Origin: an uncultured Microthrixaceae bacterium
GTDB lineage: Bacteria > Actinomycetota > Acidimicrobiia > Acidimicrobiales > VFJN01
Length of the DNA: 64,000 nucleotides
Assembly: GCA_963703565.1 (NCBI GenBank)
Contig: CAVPEW010000043.1
Span: forward strand, 2,013-66,012
Direction of reading: 5' to 3'
This document shows, piece after piece, positions 58,001 to 64,000 of this stretch (position 1 is the stretch's first letter; every line of letters starts with the position of its first letter). The translations under genes were made by a program, and so were the position numbers. The notes under the pieces were generated by a model. It did no database searches. It saw only the letters and a program-made list of their open reading frames with translations, and had not been told where the DNA came from.

Positions 58001-58732
58001 GTGGCGGTGATCGTGGTGGTGGGCGCTTACCTGATCGGTGCCGTCCCGTTCTCGAACCTGTTCGCACGGGGCCTGCGCGACGTCGACCTGCGCGCGGTCG
58101 GGACGGGCACGGTGTCGGGGACGGCGCTGTTCAAGGTTGCCGGGTTCGGGCCGTTGGCGGTGGCGGGTGGGCTCGACGTCGCCAAGGGGTCTGTGGCCGC
58201 CGCGCTGGCGCAGGGCCGTCCGGGTCTCGGCGCGTTGGCGGGGGGCGCCGCGGTGTGCGGGCACTGCTGGTCGGTCTTCCTGCGTGGGTCCGGCGGGCGT
58301 GGGATCTCGCCGGCGATGGGCGCACTCGCAGTGGTCGCCTGGCCGGGAGTGGTCGTGCTGGCGGTCGGTTTGGCCGCGGGCCGCCTGGCGCGCGAGACGG
58401 GTCTCGGTTCGTTCCTCGCCGATCTCGTGTTGGTGCCGGCGCTGGCGCTCACCCATGGGCTCGACGGGGCGGCGGCGGGCGTGGCAGTGCTGGTGGCCAT
58501 GCTGGCCAAGCGCCTCACCGGAAACGCGCCACCCGCCCGGGAGCCTCGTTGGCAGGTGCTGGTGAACCGCCTTGTGTTCGACGCCGACGAACGCCAACCG
58601 CGAGCCGAAGGGTCACTGAAGCGGCTTCCGGCTGGTCCCGTCACCACCAACGGGAGCGGGGGCGTCGGTGCCGATGCTGGCGGTGGCGACGACGACGACG
58701 GCACCGGCGCCGGCGAGCACCAGCCGGGCTGA
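58001..58732 (+). CDS. plsY: Acyl-phosphate:glycerol-3-phosphate acyltransferase (PlsY-like)
   Basis: AYLIGAVPFS, DLRAVGTGTVSGT, DVAKG, GHCWSVFLRGSGGRGI. The 3' end may be over-extended. Confidence 0.8.
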   Translation: MAVIVVVGAYLIGAVPFSNLFARGLRDVDLRAVGTGTVSGTALFKVAGFGPLAVAGGLDVAKGSVAAALAQGRPGLGALAGGAAVCGHCWSVFLRGSGGRGISPAMGALAVVAWPGVVVLAVGLAAGRLARETGLGSFLADLVLVPALALTHGLDGAAAGVAVLVAMLAKRLTGNAPPAREPRWQVLVNRLVFDADERQPRAEGSLKRLPAGPVTTNGSGGVGADAGGGDDDDGTGAGEHQPG

Positions 58733-59947
58733 CGCGACGGTGCCCAGCCCGCCGACCTCCACGTCGGGCACGACGTCGGCGGCGACGCCGGTGGCCAGAG
58801 CCGCCACCCCGAGCGACAGGCGGATCGCGACGTGGAACACCGTGAAGGCGAGGACCCGATCGGTGCCCTCCAACGCCGACTGCAAGAAGCTGATGCCGCC
58901 CACCAGGCCGTAGGCGACGCTGCCACCCAGGGCGAGGGCCGCCAGGTAGGCCAGCGCCAGGTTCGGCAGGACGCTGATGGCGATGATGCTCAGCCCGGCG
59001 ATGCGGATCCCGTCGCGCGCCCAGCGCAGCTGCGGTGAACCGGCTCGCTTCTGGACCACGAGCACGCCCAGGCTGGCCCCGCCGCCGAAGGCGACGATGA
59101 GCAGCCCGAACGCCGCATGGCTCGCATGGAGCACGTCCTGCACCAGCACGATGCCCACCGAGAACAGCGCACCGAGCCCGAGGGACGCCCCTGCCGCGGC
59201 GGGGAGCACCATGCGGACGATGCCGATGTCCAGCGCGTCGCGCAGGCGCATCTGAGGCACCTCCTCGGGCGCGGGTCGTCTGCTGGGCAGGCTCGTGATC
59301 CGGGAGACGAGGGCGAAGGAGATCAAGAACGTGGCGCCGTCGACCCAGAACACCAGCGAGTAGCTGTCTCGGAGCGGGATCCAGTCCCCGCCGAAGGCCG
59401 TCACCGCGGAGAACGCGGCGGCGCCGAGCGGGATCGTGGCGTAGGAGGACCCGAGGATCAGCCCGTTGGCCACCGGGAGGTGGCCTTGCCGCACGATCTG
59501 GGGCACCGATGCGTCGCGAGCGGGCAGGAACACCAGGCTGGCCACCTCGAGCGCGAACGCCCAGGCGTAGAGCCACCCGAGCGCGCCGACGAAGGGGATG
59601 GCCACCACCGCGCCAGCGCGCAGCAGGTCCATGGCCAGCATCGTGCGGCGGGCCGCCCAGCGCGAGGTGACCCTCGCCGCGATGGGACCGGCCACGATGC
59701 CGGGCAGTAGCCGCACGGCCAGGACCCCGGCGACGGCGGTGGGTGAACCAGTCAGGTCGAGCGCCAGGGCCATGAACGCAGTGGTAGCCATCCAGTCCCC
59801 GAGGCCCGACACGGCCTGGCCGGCCAAGAGCTTGGTGTAGTCGTTGCGCCCCAACAGCGCGGATCCCGTCCCGGCCGCCGGCTCAGCCACGTCGGGGGCG
59901 GTGGTGATCGGTCGCTGATCCGGACCTGGCGTCGAGCGAGGACTCAC
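58613..59947 (-). CDS. MFS transporter (MFS_3/DHA3-like)
   Basis: GQAVSGLGDW, RRTMLAMDLLR, FLPARDASVP, many hydrophobic helices. Confidence 0.85.
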   Translation of the reverse strand: MSPRSTPGPDQRPITTAPDVAEPAAGTGSALLGRNDYTKLLAGQAVSGLGDWMATTAFMALALDLTGSPTAVAGVLAVRLLPGIVAGPIAARVTSRWAARRTMLAMDLLRAGAVVAIPFVGALGWLYAWAFALEVASLVFLPARDASVPQIVRQGHLPVANGLILGSSYATIPLGAAAFSAVTAFGGDWIPLRDSYSLVFWVDGATFLISFALVSRITSLPSRRPAPEEVPQMRLRDALDIGIVRMVLPAAAGASLGLGALFSVGIVLVQDVLHASHAAFGLLIVAFGGGASLGVLVVQKRAGSPQLRWARDGIRIAGLSIIAISVLPNLALAYLAALALGGSVAYGLVGGISFLQSALEGTDRVLAFTVFHVAIRLSLGVAALATGVAADVVPDVEVGGLGTVASARLVLAGAGAVVVVATASIGTDAPAPVGGDGTSRKPLQ

Positions 59948-59951
59948 CCGA

Positions 59952-60770
59952 TCAGCGTCGCGGCTCGGTGGAGGTGAGCTCCAGCACGTAGCGCTCCTGG
60001 TATGTGACCCTGCCGACGATGCTGTCCGACACCGTGCGCTGGTGGCGCTGCTCCCGGGCGACGAGCCCGCCAGGCAGCAGCCAGCGCTCCGTGGTCTGCT
60101 CGCCCTCGGTGGCGCCGGTGAAGGTGCCGACGAGGTTGACGTGGACCGCCTGGAGCGTCTCACCGGCGACGGTCACGGGCTCGACGCCGAGGACCGTCCC
60201 CGTGAACCGGATCGTGGTCGCGCCGCTCTTGGAGCTCCCGCCGCTCGAGCAGGTGGCCACGAACCGGGTCTCCGCGTGCGCCGGGAGCTCCATCGCACCC
60301 TGGTCGCAGGTGTAGGTGCGCTCGTCGCCCTGGCCGAAGAACTCCCGGAAGGTCCGCACCTCCCTGAGGCCGAGGCCGTCGGCGGTCGGACACACCGTGC
60401 GCTGCTCCCACCGCTGTTGGACCGCCACCCACCGCAGGTGAGCTCCGCAACCGGCGAGCGTCACGGTCAGCGTCGTGCGCTCGGGATAGTGGTGGGTCGC
60501 GCCGGTGAGGGCGTCCACCTCCGCCTGGCCCGATGTGGCGTAGACGTACACGCCGGGCTCGGGCAGCTCGGCGATGCTGGCCCTCGCGGCATCGCTGACC
60601 GCCGACGCGTCCTCGGCCTCGCGAAAGGCGTCGACGGCGTCGGGCACGGACAGCTCGCTGGTGTCGTTGCGCAGCACGATCGCCGCGACGGCGGCCGCGG
60701 CGACGAGCAGGACCGCGAGCGTGCCGGCCACCCACCATGGCCACCGCCGGGTCGCAGATCGGACGCTCAC
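59952..60770 (-). CDS. Membrane-anchored/secreted hypothetical protein
   Basis: N-terminal TM helix, then a beta-rich domain (PEPGVYVYATSG) with 4 Cys; coupled to the upstream hydrolase. Confidence 0.7.
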   Translation of the reverse strand: MSVRSATRRWPWWVAGTLAVLLVAAAAVAAIVLRNDTSELSVPDAVDAFREAEDASAVSDAARASIAELPEPGVYVYATSGQAEVDALTGATHHYPERTTLTVTLAGCGAHLRWVAVQQRWEQRTVCPTADGLGLREVRTFREFFGQGDERTYTCDQGAMELPAHAETRFVATCSSGGSSKSGATTIRFTGTVLGVEPVTVAGETLQAVHVNLVGTFTGATEGEQTTERWLLPGGLVAREQRHQRTVSDSIVGRVTYQERYVLELTSTEPRR

Positions 60771-61585
60771 ACGGGCGTGGTCGCCGCTGCGAGCGTCCAG
60801 CGCACGGCGGCGGAGATCGGGGCGCGGGCCTCAGGGGCGAAGGCATGGCCCATGCGATCGACGAGCACCAGTTGGCGGGGCTCGCGCGCCGCCGCGTACA
60901 GCAGGTGCGCTGCCCTCGGGCGCATGATGCGATCGAGCATGCCGTGCAGCACCGTCACCGGCACCTTGAGCCGCGCTGCCAGCACATCGGGCGGCTCTGG
61001 CGCGCTCCAGCGTGGGGAGACCCGGACCGCGACGCGACGGGCGAGGAACCAACGGCCCGGCCGGGTGCGGACCAGCACGGCGTTGAGCACGCCGATCACC
61101 GTGAGCGGCAGCCGCCACTGGGCCGGGGAGCTCACCGCCACGAGCCCGCGGATGGCGCCGTCGGAGCCATCCGCGGCCGCGTACCGGAGCGCGGCGATGG
61201 CGCCCATCGACGCGCCGACCACGACCACCTGGGGGTGCAGCAGTTGGGCCAGCGCCACGGCGGCGGCCACGTCGTAGCGCTCGTCGTCGCCCATCGTGCA
61301 CCAGCCCTCCGAGGCGCCGTGGCCCCGCCCGTCGTAGGTCACCACCGCGAACCCCTCGCTGGCGAGGGCGTCGGCCTGGGCGACGACCTGGGGATGGCTC
61401 CCGGTGGCGGTGAAGCCGTGCACGAGCACCACGGCGCCCATCGGTGCGCCCGCCGGCTGACGCACGAACGCCGAGAGACGGAGCCGGTCGGCGGTGTGGA
61501 GAGCCTCGTGGCGCCACCCCGGGCCCAGCTCAGGGGCGGCGTCGAGCGGCGAGGGAGTAGGCGACGTTTCGTTCTGCGGTGTCAT
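60767..61585 (-). CDS. Alpha/beta hydrolase (lysophospholipase/monoacylglycerol-lipase-like fold)
   Basis: LVHGF, YDGRGHGAS, GASMG, LHGMLD, MGHA. Confidence 0.85.
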   Translation of the reverse strand: MTPQNETSPTPSPLDAAPELGPGWRHEALHTADRLRLSAFVRQPAGAPMGAVVLVHGFTATGSHPQVVAQADALASEGFAVVTYDGRGHGASEGWCTMGDDERYDVAAAVALAQLLHPQVVVVGASMGAIAALRYAAADGSDGAIRGLVAVSSPAQWRLPLTVIGVLNAVLVRTRPGRWFLARRVAVRVSPRWSAPEPPDVLAARLKVPVTVLHGMLDRIMRPRAAHLLYAAAREPRQLVLVDRMGHAFAPEARAPISAAVRWTLAAATTPV

Positions 61586-63173
61586 GGGCCTCTACGACGA
61601 CGGAGGGGAACAGGCTCTCGACATGGTCGCGCAGCATCTCGACACCGCGCCTGTCGCCCAACGATCCGCGCAGCACGGTGACCCCCTCGAGGAGGTCGCC
61701 GGTCCCCCCGTCGATCGCCTCCACGAGCTCGTCGAGCGCGAGGATCGCGGCGTCCAACGCGTCGCCCACGGCCAGGGAGAAGCGCGGGCGGTGACCTCGC
61801 ACCAGCCAGTCGCCGGGTACGACGTGATGGCCGTCGACCGACGAGGGCCGCACCACCGGGAGCACCTCCGCCCAGTAGACGCGGCTGATGGCCTCGCCCA
61901 TGCGCTCCGCCACCTCCCCGGCCCGGCCCCGGGCATCGAACGAGCGCATCGCCACGAGGCCTTCCACCATCGAAGCGGCGGGGGCCACCACCGCCGGGCG
62001 GCGGGCCTCTATCGCCGCCCGGCGCGCCACGTCGATCGTCGGGCCGTCGTCGGGCAGCACGACGACCTCGTCGGCGCCGGTCCGATCGATCGCGTCGATG
62101 ATCGCCGCGCCCGAAGGTCGTGCGCCGCGACCGCCGGCGACGATCACGCTCGCGCCCAGCACCTCGAAGAGGTGAGCGAGCTCTTCGGTGGCGGCCACCG
62201 CGACCACCGCAGTGGTCACGGTGGCCGCCTGGCGACGCGAGGACCGCCGGGCTGCCACCTGGCCGTGCATATCGGTGATCTCGACGTCGCGGACCGTGCC
62301 GAGGTCCTCGGCGAGGGCCCGCGCCGCCTCGGGGTCGTCGGTGTGCAGGTGCGCGCGCCACTGGCGCGAGTCGCCGACCACGACCATCGAATCGCCCGCC
62401 CTCGCCCAGCGCCGGCGAAGCTCCTCGACCGCGGCGGGCTCGGCGTCGAGGTCCACCACCAGCTCGTAGCGCGGTCCGGCGACGTCCTGTTGGTGCCGCT
62501 GCGAGCCCACGGCGGCGTCGACCGGTGCCGGCGACCGGGGGGGCGGCGGCACCCGATCGGGCAGCTCCCCACCCAGGGCAGCCACCAGCGCATCGAGCCA
62601 CAGCGCGTAGCCCGCCCCACCGGCATCGACCACACCGGCTTCGCGGAGCGCCGGCAGCAGCGTCGGCGTGCGAGCAAGCGACAGCCACGCCTCGTCGGCC
62701 GCGGCCCGAGCGACGTCCAGCTCGCTGCCACCCGCCACAGCACGTTCGGTGGCGGCACGCGCCGCGTCTTCGGCGACGGTGAGGACGGTGCCCTCGACCG
62801 GGTCGGAGACGGCCCCGCGTGCCAGGCGCGACGCCTGCGCGAGCGCGGCCGCGACACCCTCACCGTGCCGCATGCGCGCGAGCGCGCCGGTGAACCCGCG
62901 CAGAGCCTCGGCCAGGATGATGCCCGAGTTGCCCCGAGCCGCACGGATCGCCGCCGTGCCGAGCCTGGACGCCAGCGCATCGAGGTCGCCATCGCTCGAG
63001 GCCAGATCCAGCGCGGAGTCGATCTCGCCGACCGTGCTCAACAGGTTCGATCCGGTGTCCCCGTCGGGCACGGGAAACACGTTCATCTCGTCGAGGCGCT
63101 CACGATGCGTAGCGAGCAGCGCGCGGTACCTCGAGAGCGCGGCCGCGACGACCTCGCCGGAGATCGCGGTCAT
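61530..63173 (-). CDS. fakA: DAK2-domain protein (fatty acid kinase subunit A-like)
   Basis: MNVFPVPDGDTGSN, ARGNSGIIL, PVEGTVLTV, AGVVDAGG, GDSMVV, HLHT. Confidence 0.88.
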   Translation of the reverse strand: MTAISGEVVAAALSRYRALLATHRERLDEMNVFPVPDGDTGSNLLSTVGEIDSALDLASSDGDLDALASRLGTAAIRAARGNSGIILAEALRGFTGALARMRHGEGVAAALAQASRLARGAVSDPVEGTVLTVAEDAARAATERAVAGGSELDVARAAADEAWLSLARTPTLLPALREAGVVDAGGAGYALWLDALVAALGGELPDRVPPPPRSPAPVDAAVGSQRHQQDVAGPRYELVVDLDAEPAAVEELRRRWARAGDSMVVVGDSRQWRAHLHTDDPEAARALAEDLGTVRDVEITDMHGQVAARRSSRRQAATVTTAVVAVAATEELAHLFEVLGASVIVAGGRGARPSGAAIIDAIDRTGADEVVVLPDDGPTIDVARRAAIEARRPAVVAPAASMVEGLVAMRSFDARGRAGEVAERMGEAISRVYWAEVLPVVRPSSVDGHHVVPGDWLVRGHRPRFSLAVGDALDAAILALDELVEAIDGGTGDLLEGVTVLRGSLGDRRGVEMLRDHVESLFPSVVVEAHDTAERNVAYSLAARRRP

Positions 63174-64000
63174 CGCTCCATGGGCGGGAGCGCGGCCCAC
63201 TTGGGGAACGCGCCGTAGGCGACCCCCACGACACCAGGACCGGTGTGCGCACCCATCACCGGGGTGAACGGCACCACGTCGACCGGCCGGCACGGGCCCA
63301 GGCCATCGAGGCGGGCTGCCAGGGTGGCGGCGTCCTCGGCGGCGTTGGCGTGGGTCACGATGATCTCGAGCGTTGCCGCTCCCTCAGCGGCACGCCGGAC
63401 CAGCTCCACCATCCGGTCGAACCCGGCGTCGATGCTGCGCACGACGCCGCTTCCGACGACCTCCCCGCCGCGCAGGCACACCAACGGCTTGATGCCCAGC
63501 CGGTCCCCGGCGAAGCCTCGCAGGCGCCCCACTCGGCCGCCTCTGCGCAGGTAGGTCAACGTGGGGATCACCGCGTACAGCGCCACATGGTCTCTGATCT
63601 GCTCGACGGCCGCGGCTGCCTCGGCCGCTGGCGTCCCCGCAGCGACCAGCTCCGCGCAGTAGCGCACGACGATGCCCTGCGCCGCCGCCGCGGTGCGCGT
63701 GTCCACCACGTGCACCGGTACCTCGAGCTGCGCCGTGCCCGCGACAGCCGCCTCGCGCGCCGCCGACAAGCTGGCCGACAGCGTGAGCACGACGAGCTCC
63801 TCGGCACCGGCGGCGACAGCGCGCCGGCACGCCTGCGCGTACGCATCGGGCGACGGTGCCGACGTGGTCGGCACGACCTCGTCGGCGACCATGCGCCGGT
63901 AGAAGTCCTCGACGGACAGGTCAGCGCCGTCGAGGTACTCATCCGCGCCGAAGCGGACCGGCAGGGGCACCACCTCGATGCCGAGGCGGCGCACGTCGGC
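63170..64000 (-). CDS. DegV family fatty acid-binding protein (FakB-like), 5' end outside the window
   Basis: VVPL, PTTSAPSP, LSASLSA, VVDT, YLRRGGR, IKPL, MGAHTGPG. Confidence 0.92.
   Translation of the reverse strand, partial: ADVRRLGIEVVPLPVRFGADEYLDGADLSVEDFYRRMVADEVVPTTSAPSPDAYAQACRRAVAAGAEELVVLTLSASLSAAREAAVAGTAQLEVPVHVVDTRTAAAAQGIVVRYCAELVAAGTPAAEAAAAVEQIRDHVALYAVIPTLTYLRRGGRVGRLRGFAGDRLGIKPLVCLRGGEVVGSGVVRSIDAGFDRMVELVRRAAEGAATLEIIVTHANAAEDAATLAARLDGLGPCRPVDVVPFTPVMGAHTGPGVVGVAYGAFPKWAALPPMER

Noticed and set aside
1..64000. CRISPR arrays, tRNA/rRNA, IS elements, defence systems
   Set aside because: No regularly spaced repeats, RNA gene signatures, transposases or obvious composition shift seen by eye.

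Overview
High-GC actinobacterial-type chromosomal DNA, probably Acidimicrobiia-like (inferred from gene content), densely coding. No rRNA, tRNA, CRISPR array or mobile element is visible. Left to right: (1) an ECF sigma/anti-sigma pair divergent from a secreted-repeat lipoprotein, each direction carrying a CCATCC-N16-CGTA promoter-like motif; (2) typA, hrpB, menB, a DHA2 MFS pump, and flavodoxin-like, ankyrin and Ddn-family genes; (3) a ~20 kb CoA-dependent catabolic island with amidohydrolases, CaiB/BaiF CoA transferases, two Cys-less thiolase-fold + DUF35 pairs, a MaoC pair, an acyl-CoA ligase, an LLM oxidoreductase, crotonases, an NDMA-type ADH and an FAD oxidoreductase. The island contains two tandem desulforedoxin-like microproteins (38 and 47 aa) missed by the ORF track; (4) an LCP gene; (5) a ~22 kb divergent cobalamin cluster with a compact B12 riboswitch, mixing CobN/ChlI-D chelatase genes with CbiD/CbiG. 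It carries a HAD-CobT fusion, an RHH-CbiL fusion and an embedded MDMPI/DinB-family gene; (6) a LigD-type primase-polymerase, a coupled CHAD-ParA pair, and a DegV/DAK2 (FakB/FakA)-hydrolase-MFS operon converging on plsY. At least five genes are split by single-base insertions, probably sequencing errors. All calls come from motif recognition by eye; no database searches were run.
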